From positions 768,001-832,000 of the forward strand of contig CAVWFS010000007.1 of NCBI GenBank assembly GCA_963754315.1: 64,000 nt of DNA, in the 5' to 3' direction. The DNA is from an uncultured Candidatus Rokubacteria bacterium (GTDB lineage Bacteria > Methylomirabilota > Methylomirabilia > Rokubacteriales > CSP1-6). The position numbers were made by a program, and so were the translations under genes. The notes below the pieces were generated by a model. That model made no database searches, was not told the DNA's origin, and saw only the letters and a list, made by a program, of their open reading frames with translations. Shown here piece after piece: positions 31,358 to 40,922 of the stretch. The number at the start of each line of letters is the position of its first letter. Position 1 is the first letter of the stretch.

Positions 31358-33526
31358 CCCCGTCTGCGACGACCGCGAATCCTGGGTCGGCTCCGGTCGA
31401 GCTCGTCATCGACGGCCAGCGCGTGGCGGTACCGCGCGGCACCACGATCTTCGACGCCGCCCGCACACTGGGCATCGAGATCCCGACCCTCTGCCATGCG
31501 CAGCACCAGACTCCGGTCGGGGTGTGCCGTGTCTGCACGGTGGAGGTCCAGAACAATCGCGTTCTGGCCGCGTCCTGCATTCGTCCGGTGGAGGCGGGGA
31601 TGGAAGTGCGGACGTCCAGCGAGCAGGTCCTGGCCGCGCGCCGCACGCTCTACGAGCTTCTGCTCGCCGATCATCCCAGCCCGTGCGGGCGTCAGCAGGC
31701 CACCAGTGACTGTGAGCTCGAGACCCAGGCCCAGCGCGCCGGCGTCGGGGCCTCGCGCTTCGCGCGCGAGAGCGCCGGGCGTGGTGTCGATGACTCGTCG
31801 CCCATCATCCGCGTCGACCATGCCGCCTGCATTCTCTGCGACCGCTGCATCCGTGGCTGCAACGAGGTCAAGCACAACCTGGTCATCGGTCGCCGGGGCA
31901 AAGGGGCCTCCGCCGGGATCGCCTTCGACCTCGATGTGCCCATGGACCAATCGACGTGCGTGGGCTGCGGGGAATGCATGGTGTCGTGTCCGACGGGCGC
32001 GCTCACCAACAAGGGGGTCGTGGACGTCACCCTCCCCGCCGGGCAGCCGGTCACGCCCGACGAGTTGCTGGCTCTGCCCGTCTTCCTGGGGACGTCGGGA
32101 ACCTTCCTGAACCTGAATCGCGGCTCGGTGGTCCGCCGCACGTTCAAGGCCGGCGAGATCATCTGCCGCCAGGGAGAATTCGGATCGACCGCGTTCTATC
32201 TGCTGAGCGGGTCGGTGGAAGTGTCGCTCGCCACGCCCCTCGCCCACGTGAAGAGCGGAACGCGCAGCCGCGCACCGTGGTGGGCTTCCTCCGTCGCCTG
32301 AGCGGCCTCGCCCGTGACCGTGACGATCCGCGCGAGGCCACGCCCCATCGCCGCATCCCCATCGACGGTCCCGTGGATCTCGACTTCGCCAATCCGGTTG
32401 CCCGCTGGGTCCGGGCGAGATCTTCGGCGAGATGACCTGCCTGAGCTACTACCCTCGCTCGGCCACCGTGGTCGCCCTCGAGGAGACCCAAGTCCTCGAG
32501 ATGCTCCGCAACGTTCTCCACATCCTCCAGAGGAACAAGAGCTTCCGGGCGACACCGAGCAGCGCTATCGGGAGCGGGCCCTCGGCTCCCACCTGCGCCG
32601 CGCGCCCGTCCTGGCCGACCTTCCCGATCGCGTCCTCGACCATCTGCGCGAACGGGTCGAGATCCTCCGCTATGCGCCCGGTGAGGTCATCTGCCGTCAG
32701 GGCGATCCGGCCGCCAGCCTGTATCTGATCCGGGTGGGGTTCGTGAAGGTGAGCCAGATGTTTCCCGGCGGCGAGATGGTCGTGGCGTACCTGGCGCGGG
32801 GCTACTTCGGCGAGATGGGCCTGCTCGAGGGCGGCGTGCGCACGGCCACCTGCACCGCGGTCGACCATGTGGAGGTCGTGCGGATCACGGCCCAGGACTG
32901 ACCAGGTGATGGCCGAGTTCCCCGAGGTGCGCAGACCGCGGCGTCGCCGCCACGCGCCCAGGTCGCAAGCGGAGAACGAGCGGCTGCGAGACACCGTGAC
33001 CGCGGTGCCCCTGGGGGAGTTCCTCGACCAGGGCCTGATGCAGGCGCAGAGCCTCCTGCTGCTCGACCTGGAGAAATGCACGCGCTGCGACCTCTGCGTG
33101 CGGGCCTGTGCGGATGCCCACGACGGGTGTCACCCGGCTCGTCCGTGACGGGGTGCGCTTCGACAAATACCTGGTGGCCACCTCGTGTCGGTCGTGCCGC
33201 GATCCGCTGTGCATGGTCGGCTGCCCGGTGGGCGCCATCCGACGGCGCGATTCGCTGGAGATCTTGATCGAGGACTGGTGCATCGGCTGTGGGCTCTGCG
33301 CCCAGAACTGCCCGTACGGCAACATCAATCTGCATCCGTTTCCCGTCAGTGGCTGACCCGCAGCATCCGGGGCAGATGAGGCGGGCCGTCGTGGAAAAGG
33401 CCACCACGTGTGATCTCAGCCGCGAGCTGCACGAGCCGGCCTGCGTCTATGCGTGTCCGCACGGAGCGGCGATGCGTGTGGAGCCGCTGACGTTCTTCGC
33501 GAGGCCGTTTCACCGCGCCACCGTAG
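31354..33526 (+). CDS. Fe-S protein: NuoG/HoxU-like N-terminus, two cyclic-nucleotide-binding domains and a DmsB/NrfC-like polyferredoxin C-terminus; several apparent frameshifts
   Basis: ATGA overlap with nuo[39 protein letters not shown]. cNMP1 GEIICRQGE...[16 protein letters not shown]. cNMP2 GEVICRQGD...[58 protein letters not shown]...PACVYACP. Confidence 0.8.
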
Positions 33527-33529
33527 CCC

Positions 33530-34461
33530 GTGCTGCTCGACTCGAGCCACCGTGGTTGGGCTGTCGCCTCTCTGCTCCTGTTCGCGCTGGCCCTGGCCGT
33601 GTACATCCTCTACGCGCGCGCGTCCCTGCACGGGCCGAGCGGCGGAAGCACTCTGGGATTGGCGTATGGGGTCGCCGGGCTGGCGCTCATGCTCTATGCG
33701 GGGGTGCTCGGCGCCCGGCGGAAGGTTCCTACCTGGCGGCTCGGACGCGCCACGACCTGGATGCGGGGCACCTGTGGCTCGGCCTCCTGAGCTATGCCCT
33801 CATCGTCTTCCACAGCGGCTTTCAGCTGGGCGGCGCGCTGACAGGCATCCTCATGGTCGTCTTCACCATCGTGATCCTCAGCGGCATCTATGGCGTCCTG
33901 CTCCAGCAATTCCTGCCCCGGGCGATGCTCACCAACCTCCCTCTGGAAACCATTTACGAACAGATCGACACGGTCGTGGTCCAGCTTCGCGACGAGGCCG
34001 ACGAGCTCGTGGCGGTCGCTTCGGGCGCCAAGGTGGCGGCCGAGGCCACCCCTGCGCCCGAGCGTCGCGGGGGTGGCGGACTCCTGGCCGGGCAGACCTT
34101 CCCGCCGGCGCTGGTCAGGGCCCGGCCCACCCTGGTGTTCCCACTGTCCAATGCCGCGCCCCTGCGCGACATCTATCTGAGCGACATCCGGCCCTATCTG
34201 GGTCACGACATTCCGCGGCAGACGCGGCTGGGGTCGGCCATGGAAGCCACGGCCCTGTTCTCCGGGCTGCGCGCCCGGCTGGCCACGCCGCTGCACGACG
34301 CCCTGAAGGAACTGGAGAGCATCTGCGACGAGCGGCGGCAGCTGGCTCATCAGAAGAGGCTTCATCACTGGCTGCACGGCTGGCTCCTCGTGCACGTCCC
34401 CCTCTCGATGGCCCTCATGCTTCTGTCCCTCGTGCACGCCTTCGTCAGCGTCAGGTACTGA
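33530..34461 (+). CDS. Integral membrane protein with conserved histidines (putative heme-b / quinone-interacting); frameshift ~33765
   Basis: Several TM helices. 'W..GHLWLGLL...VFHSGF' and 'LHHWLHGWLLVHVPLS...LVHAF' motifs. Lies between the Fe-S and cytochrome genes. Confidence 0.65.
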
Positions 34462-34474
34462 GCCCGCCGCCCGC

Positions 34475-36064
34475 ATGCCCGACACGCGATACACCGGCAA
34501 GGTTCGCGCGAAGCGCATCACCCTCCACTACTTCAAGCAGCCTCACGTCTGGCGCCGCTGGAAGCTTGGCCTCTCGGTGCTGGCCCCGCTCCTGGCGGGC
34601 GCGTGGCTTCTGATCTATGCGGCGGCCGGAGATCAACGCATCTACACCAGCGGCCCTCTGTCCACGGCGCACACCATGCTGGCTACCGACTGTGGCGCCT
34701 GCCATCAGCCGGAGCGGTCGGCCTCCACGGGTCTGAGACGGGCCGAGGCGGCCTTCTTCCGCAAGGCGACCAACGAGGCCTGTCTCACCTGCCACGACGG
34801 TCCGCTGCACCATACGAACCAGGCTCTCGATCTTTCCTGCGCGCACTGCCACGTGGAACACAAGGGGAAGATCGCGTTAGCCGATCTCAACGATCGCCTC
34901 TGCACTCAGTGCCATGCCGAGCTGACCACCAGGGACGGCTCCCGCCCGGCCTTTGCCACGAGCATCCATGCGTTCTCGAGGGATCACCCGGAGTTCGCCC
35001 CGACCGTGATGGACGGCGAGAAGAGGATCCGCGTGAGCCTGGCCCCGCCCGGCAAGGTGCGCGACGCGACGCAGCTGAGCTTCAACCACAAAAGACACCT
35101 CCAGGTGGCCCTGGAAGGCCTGGCCGAGGTGAAGGCCGCCACCGGTATGCAGGGCCTGGTCGAACAAAAGGGCGGTCTGCAGCTTAGCTGCACGTATTGT
35201 CACCGGCCCGATGCCGCCGGCACCATGCGCCCCATCACGTTTGCCCAGCATTGCGCGGTCTGCCACGGAACCGAGCTGCGCTTCGAAGCCTCCATGCCCC
35301 CGGTGCCCCACCGGGAGCCGGCGATCGTGCATGCGTTCCTGCAGACCCTGTTCCTGGAAACGCACGAGGCCTGCCAGTCGCTGGCGGGCCGTCCTCCTGG
35401 TCCTGACGACGAGAGACTGCGCGGCCGGTGTGAGGCACTGGGGCTCTTGACGACCTCCAAGCGTGGCGACGAGCCACGCGCGCCAGGGCGCCGTCGAACC
35501 GAAGACGCGCCGACTGGGGGGGACGATGCCCCCCGCGCGCGTGGTACCCGACGCGGTGAGGAAGCCGAGAGCGAGGACACCCCGCGCGCACGCGGCACAC
35601 GGCGCGGGGAGGAGGCTGCCGCGCCCGCGGCCGCCACCATCGCGCCAGGAAAGGCCCTCGAGTGGGCACGGGGGCGCGTGGCCACCGCCGAGAAGATGAT
35701 CTTCAAACAACGATGCGGAAAGTGCCATATTATGGTCGACACTGCTGCCGCGTTGCCTGCGGTGCGGCCAACCGCTATGCCGACACGGTGGCTTCCTCAT
35801 GGCGAGTTCGATCACACGGTCCACCGTCCGCTCGCATGTACGGAGTGCCACGCCGCCACGGCAAGCACCGAGACCGCCGATGTGCTGCTTCCCTCGATCG
35901 CCGTGTGCCGCCAGTGTCATCGCGACGCCGGAGGGGCACGGGCGACCTGTGTGGAATGCCATCTCTACCATGACCGCGCACGGGAACGGGACTTCAATGG
36001 CCCCCACACAGTACGGAAGTTCCTCTCTGGAGGCCGATCCACCCCTGCCGCCAGCCCAAGGTGA
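34475..36064 (+). CDS. Membrane-anchored decaheme cytochrome c (cytochrome c3-family-like)
   Basis: One N-terminal TM helix. Ten CxxCH: CGACH, CLTCH, CAHCH, CTQCH, CTYCH, CAVCH, CGKCH, CTECH, CRQCH, CVECH. FNHKRH and FDHTVH distal-His motifs. Confidence 0.9.
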   Translation: MPDTRYTGKVRAKRITLHYFKQPHVWRRWKLGLSVLAPLLAGAWLLIYAAAGDQRIYTSGPLSTAHTMLATDCGACHQPERSASTGLRRAEAAFFRKATNEACLTCHDGPLHHTNQALDLSCAHCHVEHKGKIALADLNDRLCTQCHAELTTRDGSRPAFATSIHAFSRDHPEFAPTVMDGEKRIRVSLAPPGKVRDATQLSFNHKRHLQVALEGLAEVKAATGMQGLVEQKGGLQLSCTYCHRPDAAGTMRPITFAQHCAVCHGTELRFEASMPPVPHREPAIVHAFLQTLFLETHEACQSLAGRPPGPDDERLRGRCEALGLLTTSKRGDEPRAPGRRRTEDAPTGGDDAPRARGTRRGEEAESEDTPRARGTRRGEEAAAPAAATIAPGKALEWARGRVATAEKMIFKQRCGKCHIMVDTAAALPAVRPTAMPTRWLPHGEFDHTVHRPLACTECHAATASTETADVLLPSIAVCRQCHRDAGGARATCVECHLYHDRARERDFNGPHTVRKFLSGGRSTPAASPR

Positions 36065-36068
36065 AACG

Positions 36069-38309
36069 ATGATCAGCCCGGGTGTTCGCCGAGGCCCATT
36101 TCGATGGTTGGTGATGCTCATAGCTGGGGCGCTCCTGGGGGCGCCCGGCCTCGTGACCATCGTCAACGCCAACCCAACCACCGACGCGTTCGTGAGACAT
36201 CTCTTCGAGACGGTCCTCGAACGCACGCCCGACGCGACCGAGGTGGCGCTGTGGAGCGATCGGCTGGCGCGTCAGCCCGACGTCGAGACAGCCCGGACCG
36301 TCGTGCGAGACTTCTTCGGCAGCACGGAGTTCACCCACACCATCACGGTCACCCCCTCCACGTTCGGCATCAAGCTGTACCAAGCCGTCCTCGGCCGCGC
36401 CCCTGACGCCGCCACGCTCGAGTTCGGCAAGGGCTTCATCCTCGACCAGTTCAACTCCCTGATCCCGGGCTTCCTGGCGTTTCCCGAGTTCGCGACCGTG
36501 CGGGCAACGACGTCGTCCTCGGCCTTCATCACGCGTCTGTTCGGACAGGCCCTGGGACGAGCGCCCACCGCCGCCGAAATGACGAGCTGGGATCCCGTGG
36601 TCTCACGCGGCGACCACGTGGCGACCGCCATCGCCGTCTTCAGTTCGGACGAGTACACGCGCACCGCGCGCACCGAGGCCCAGCATGTTCGGCTGCACTA
36701 CCGCGCGCTGCTCGGCCGTGAGCCCGGGGGCGACGAACTAGGGTACTGGGTCGGTCAGCTCGCCAGCCGCCTCGGAATGCTCGGGGATTTTCTCGTCACC
36801 AACAACCCGACGCTGGTGACGGCACGCATCCAGGACGCGTCTGTCGTACCCCCGGGAACGTTTCTCACCGAGGCCGATGTCGCCGCCCTCGTGGGCGCGG
36901 CCCAAACAGCCGTGAGCTCCACATCCATGGTCATCGCCGTGGTCGATCGCATGGGCAATCCGCTCGCGGTGTTCCGACAACCCGGCGCTCCGGACATGGT
37001 TCCTGGCAACTTCGGCGCGCTCGTCAACACCAACGAGCTAGCGGTGTCCGAGGCGCGCACGGGCGCCTTCTTTAGCAACAACCAGGCCCCGCTGTCGTCG
37101 CGAACGGTGCGAAGCATCAGCGGCGTGAACTTCCCGCTCGGCATCCGGAACCGGCCCAACGGGGCCCTGTACGGGATCGAGAACACCAACCGGGGCTGCT
37201 CGCTCAACACCGCCTTCAATGCCGGCAAGGCCATCCAGCCGGCCCAGTCAATCAGCGGGCTGCCGTGCAATGCGTTCATCCGCATCGGCTGTGGTCTCGG
37301 CATCGCCACCGGAAAGTCGGACCTGGTCGACACGGATCCGACCGCCGTCAACCCTGGGGGTATTCCCGTCTTCAAAGACGGTATCCTGGTAGGAGGGATC
37401 GGCGTGGCCGGGGTGTCCAGCGCGGTAGCCGAATTCGCCTCACTCGTTGCAGCGTTCACGTCTATCCCCGGCTTCGGGGTGGTCCCCCCAGACCCAGGCG
37501 TCGTGATCCTCGACGGCATTCAGCTTCCCTTTGTCGAGCAGAGAACGCGGCCCTCGGGCACCACCCCAGGCGAGGCGAGTGGTTCTTACTTGTTGGGACC
37601 GTCGGCGAGCCCGCTCGGCGGAGGCGGTGTACCTGACGGCTGGCTCATCGGGCCCCTCAGTGGAAGCCGCTTGACGGCGGCTCAGGTCTCACAGATCGTG
37701 AGCCAGGCCATCTCGCAAGCGCAGAGAACCCGGGCCGCCATCCGGCTTCCGCTGGGAAGCACGACGGCGATGGTGATCTCGGTGGCCGATCTCGACGGCA
37801 GCCTGCTCGGGGTGTTCCGCATGCCCGATGCCACCGTGTTCAGCATCGACGTGGCGACCGCGAAGTCGCGCAACGTCGTCTACTTCAGCAGTCTGGCCCG
37901 CATTCCGAGTGACATGGCCGGCGTACCGCTGGGGACAGCCGTGACGAATCGAACGATCAGCTTCGGTGCCCAGCCATTCTATCCGCCCGGCATCAACGGG
38001 TCCGGGCAGGGTCCGTTCTTCAATGTCTACATGCTCGACACCGCGGTGGTGTGCAGCCAGGCCAGTCAGCCCCCGAACCGGAATCAGAGCGGCATCGTAT
38101 TCTTCCCGGGAAGCACGCCTCTCTACCTCAATGGTGAAATGGTGGGCGGGCTCGGTGTCAGCGGCGACGGCGTTGAGCAGGACGACCTGGTGACCGCTGC
38201 CGGCGCCACCAACTTCGCGCCGCCCGTGCAGATTCGCGCCGATCAAATCTTCGTCGAGGGGCTCCGGCTCCCCTACTTCAAGTTCCCGCGCAACCCCGAG
38301 GATCGGTGA
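36069..38309 (+). CDS. Secreted DUF4214-like repeat protein with tandem GlcG/HbpS-type heme-binding domains
   Basis: Signal peptide. Four 'F...LY...LGR.PD' helical repeats. Two GlcG-like domains (MVIAVVDRMGNPLAVFR...GGIPVFKDGILVGGIGVAG; MVISVADLDGSLLGVFR...PLYLNGEMVGGLGVSGDGVEQDD). Confidence 0.8.
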   Translation: MISPGVRRGPFRWLVMLIAGALLGAPGLVTIVNANPTTDAFVRHLFETVLERTPDATEVALWSDRLARQPDVETARTVVRDFFGSTEFTHTITVTPSTFGIKLYQAVLGRAPDAATLEFGKGFILDQFNSLIPGFLAFPEFATVRATTSSSAFITRLFGQALGRAPTAAEMTSWDPVVSRGDHVATAIAVFSSDEYTRTARTEAQHVRLHYRALLGREPGGDELGYWVGQLASRLGMLGDFLVTNNPTLVTARIQDASVVPPGTFLTEADVAALVGAAQTAVSSTSMVIAVVDRMGNPLAVFRQPGAPDMVPGNFGALVNTNELAVSEARTGAFFSNNQAPLSSRTVRSISGVNFPLGIRNRPNGALYGIENTNRGCSLNTAFNAGKAIQPAQSISGLPCNAFIRIGCGLGIATGKSDLVDTDPTAVNPGGIPVFKDGILVGGIGVAGVSSAVAEFASLVAAFTSIPGFGVVPPDPGVVILDGIQLPFVEQRTRPSGTTPGEASGSYLLGPSASPLGGGGVPDGWLIGPLSGSRLTAAQVSQIVSQAISQAQRTRAAIRLPLGSTTAMVISVADLDGSLLGVFRMPDATVFSIDVATAKSRNVVYFSSLARIPSDMAGVPLGTAVTNRTISFGAQPFYPPGINGSGQGPFFNVYMLDTAVVCSQASQPPNRNQSGIVFFPGSTPLYLNGEMVGGLGVSGDGVEQDDLVTAAGATNFAPPVQIRADQIFVEGLRLPYFKFPRNPEDR

Positions 38310-39316
38310 TCGTCTCGCCGCTCGCCACTTGGTTCGACGGCGAGCGGGCGCAGCGAGCCTTTCGCCGCCGCCAGCTTGGGAGACGACCCATCGCCCTCGC
38401 CCCGCGGGATGGCGTCTGGCGCTCGATCACACCCCGGTTCGCCGAGGCAGTCGCCATGGCGGGTTCCGGGCTCCCCTTCCAGATCGTGGCCGATCGTCGG
38501 TACGATCGCTCTGCCGACCCCCGTCGCCTGCGGGGGGCGCTGGCCGCCGGAGCCACCATCTTTCTCCCTCAGGTCCACCAGGTCCTGCCGCGTCTCATGC
38601 GGCTCATGGTCGCCCTGCGCGTGGCCTTTCTCGGCCCATTTCGCGAGGAGTGTTCGTTCCTCTTCCTGGTGCACGGACGGGGCCGGACAGGGATGGGTCT
38701 GCACCACGATGGTGACGTCGACGCGTTCTGGCTCCAGCTCGAGGGCCGACGCACCGTCACCATCGGGCCGCCGGTGGCCCGGCGCACGCCTCCCGATCTA
38801 CGCCGGCGGCCGCCCGTCGGCGATCCGGACTGGACGACCTGCGAGTTGCGACCCGGTTCGCTCCTCTACCTCCCACCGCGGACGCCCCACGAGGTGGTGT
38901 GCCACACCCCCTCGCTCGCCCTCTCGCTGACGTGGAGCCGTAAGATCGGACATGGCGGCGCACGGCGGGATCGGGCAACGGGCCTCGCCACGTGGGACGT
39001 GGCACCTGGACATGTTTGCTCGATGCCCCCTCGAAGTCGTGATCGGCTGTGGACCCAGATTCCCGCCCTCGCGCGGCCCACCCCGGCTCGGCGCCCGTTC
39101 TTCGTGCTGCAGACTCCGGACGGCGCCCTCCCATACCCAGCCGTCGCCTGGCCGCTCGCCAGCCAGCTGACGCTCATGCCGAGCCTCCGGCGGCGCGATT
39201 CGACCGATTCAGCAACCTTGTCGATGCTGATCGACGCTGGGATCCTGGCCTCGCAGGACTTGCCGCTCCGAATCGTCCCGGGCGATTCTCGCGCCCTCGA
39301 CGGATGGAACTTTTAG
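38306..39316 (+). CDS. JmjC/cupin-4 family 2-oxoglutarate/Fe(II) oxygenase
   Basis: GLHHDGDVDAFWLQLEGRR and LRPGSLLYLPPRTPHEV (HxD...H triad). GTGA overlap with the upstream gene. Confidence 0.75.
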   Translation: MIVSPLATWFDGERAQRAFRRRQLGRRPIALAPRDGVWRSITPRFAEAVAMAGSGLPFQIVADRRYDRSADPRRLRGALAAGATIFLPQVHQVLPRLMRLMVALRVAFLGPFREECSFLFLVHGRGRTGMGLHHDGDVDAFWLQLEGRRTVTIGPPVARRTPPDLRRRPPVGDPDWTTCELRPGSLLYLPPRTPHEVVCHTPSLALSLTWSRKIGHGGARRDRATGLATWDVAPGHVCSMPPRSRDRLWTQIPALARPTPARRPFFVLQTPDGALPYPAVAWPLASQLTLMPSLRRRDSTDSATLSMLIDAGILASQDLPLRIVPGDSRALDGWNF

Positions 39317-39409
39317 TGCGACCTCGTTCACTTCTTGGCTGGCGGCGTGTCGAGGGCGATAGCAAGCGCCTGGGTGCCCTAAGCCTACAATTGGAGGGGA
39401 GGTGCAGCC

Positions 39410-40543
39410 GTGATCGTGGGCGTCCCCAGGGAAATCAAGCCGGGCGAGCAGCGTGTGGCCCTGACCCCCGCCGGAGCGCGGACCCTCGCCGAGCACGGAC
39501 ATCGCGTCGTGGTCGAGCGTGAGGCCGGGTTCGGCAGCGGCATCCGAGACGACGACTTCGCCAGCAACGGCGCGCAACTGGTCACCGCCGATGACGTGTG
39601 GCGCACGGCCGACCTCGTGCTCAAGGTGAAGGAACCGCTCCCGTCCGAGTGGCCGAAGCTCCGCGCCGGGCAGATCCTCTTCACCTACCTGCATCTGGCA
39701 CCCGATCGCGAGCTCACCGAGGCCCTGCGCGCGAGCGATGCCGTCGCCATCGCCTACGAGACCGTGCAGCGCCCTGATGGCAGCCTCCCCCTGCTGACCC
39801 CCATGAGCGAGGTGGCCGGGCGCCTCGCCGTTCAGGAAGGCGCTTACTATCTCGGGCGGGCGCATGGCGGGCGCGGCGTCCTGCTCTCGGGCGTCCCCGG
39901 GGTTCCCCCCGGCAACGTCGTGATCCTGGGAGCAGGCGTGGTCGGGCTCAATGCCGCCCGTACGGCCATCGGGCTGGGCGCCGACGTGTCCATCCTCGAC
40001 ATTAACCTCGATCGACTGCGGCACGTGGACGACATCTTCGGGGGGCGGGTCGTCACCGTGACCTCCAACAGCTTCAACATCGAGCAGATCGTTCCCTGGG
40101 CCGATTTGCTGGTGGGGGCGGTGCTGATTCCCGGGGCCCGCGCGCCCATTCTGGTGAGCGAAGCGTTGGTGGGTCGGATGAAGGAAGGCGCGGTCATTGT
40201 GGACGTCGCCGTGGATCAGGGCTCCTGCATCGCGACGGTCAGGCCGACGACCTTGGAAACGCCGATCTACCGGCATGGGGGTGTGGTCCACTACGGCGTG
40301 GCCAACATGCCGGCCCTGGTTCCGCGCACCTCGACCTTCGCGCTGACCAACGCCACCCTCCCCTACGTGGTCGAGTTAGCCACGGCCGGAGTGCCCGACG
40401 CCGTGCGCGCCAACCCCGCCCTCGCGCGCGGCGTCAACATCTGGCACGGCCACGTCGTGCATGAGGCAGTGGCGGCCTCCTTGGGTGAGAAGGCCACACC
40501 CCTTGTGGAATGCCTGACGGGACACGAACGTCTCAGGTCTTGA
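39410..40543 (+). CDS. ald: Alanine dehydrogenase
   Basis: [73 protein letters not shown]. Confidence 0.95.
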   Translation: MIVGVPREIKPGEQRVALTPAGARTLAEHGHRVVVEREAGFGSGIRDDDFASNGAQLVTADDVWRTADLVLKVKEPLPSEWPKLRAGQILFTYLHLAPDRELTEALRASDAVAIAYETVQRPDGSLPLLTPMSEVAGRLAVQEGAYYLGRAHGGRGVLLSGVPGVPPGNVVILGAGVVGLNAARTAIGLGADVSILDINLDRLRHVDDIFGGRVVTVTSNSFNIEQIVPWADLLVGAVLIPGARAPILVSEALVGRMKEGAVIVDVAVDQGSCIATVRPTTLETPIYRHGGVVHYGVANMPALVPRTSTFALTNATLPYVVELATAGVPDAVRANPALARGVNIWHGHVVHEAVAASLGEKATPLVECLTGHERLRS

Positions 40544-40919
40544 CCGTGGCGAAGACTTCCTTGGCGGTGAGGAGCGCCTCCCGCACGAGCGGAGCCCCCA
40601 CGTAGCCGAGCAGGTGCAGGAGCACCTCGGTCAGTTCGTCGCGCGTCCATCCCTGGCGCAGGGCCATGCGCAGATGGAGGGCCAGCTCGGCCGGACGCCC
40701 GGTGGCGGCATCCGAGACCACACACACGAGCGTGCGCGTCTTGAGGTCGAGCCCCGGCCGTGTCCACAGCGAGCCGAACACCGTCTCGCTGGCCAGGTCG
40801 ATGAACTTCTGCATGGTGGGATCGTCGTAGACAGTCCGGTTCACCTGCTCCGCGTACTCGTCGCCCAGGAGCTGGCGGCGCATCGCCCGGCCCTGCTGGA
40901 GTCGTTCGCTCTCGGCCAT
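40533..40919 (-). CDS. Carboxymuconolactone decarboxylase family protein
   Basis: G.AMRRQLLG, FGSLWTRPGLDLKTRTL, ELALHLRMALRQGWT..ELTEVLLH...YVGAP. Confidence 0.85.
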   Translation of the reverse strand: MAESERLQQGRAMRRQLLGDEYAEQVNRTVYDDPTMQKFIDLASETVFGSLWTRPGLDLKTRTLVCVVSDAATGRPAELALHLRMALRQGWTRDELTEVLLHLLGYVGAPLVREALLTAKEVFATVKT

Positions 40920-40922
40920 GGT

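Noticed and set aside
32895..32905. Selenocysteine or readthrough at the TGA in the cNMP-ferredoxin gene
   Set aside because: The protein continues in a different frame and the position is not a Cys-equivalent site, so an indel is the simpler explanation.
29711..33526. Calling this complex I, a hydrogenase or a formate dehydrogenase
   Set aside because: There are no other nuo genes, no NiFe or H-cluster motifs and no molybdopterin domain. The NuoG-like part is followed by cNMP domains.
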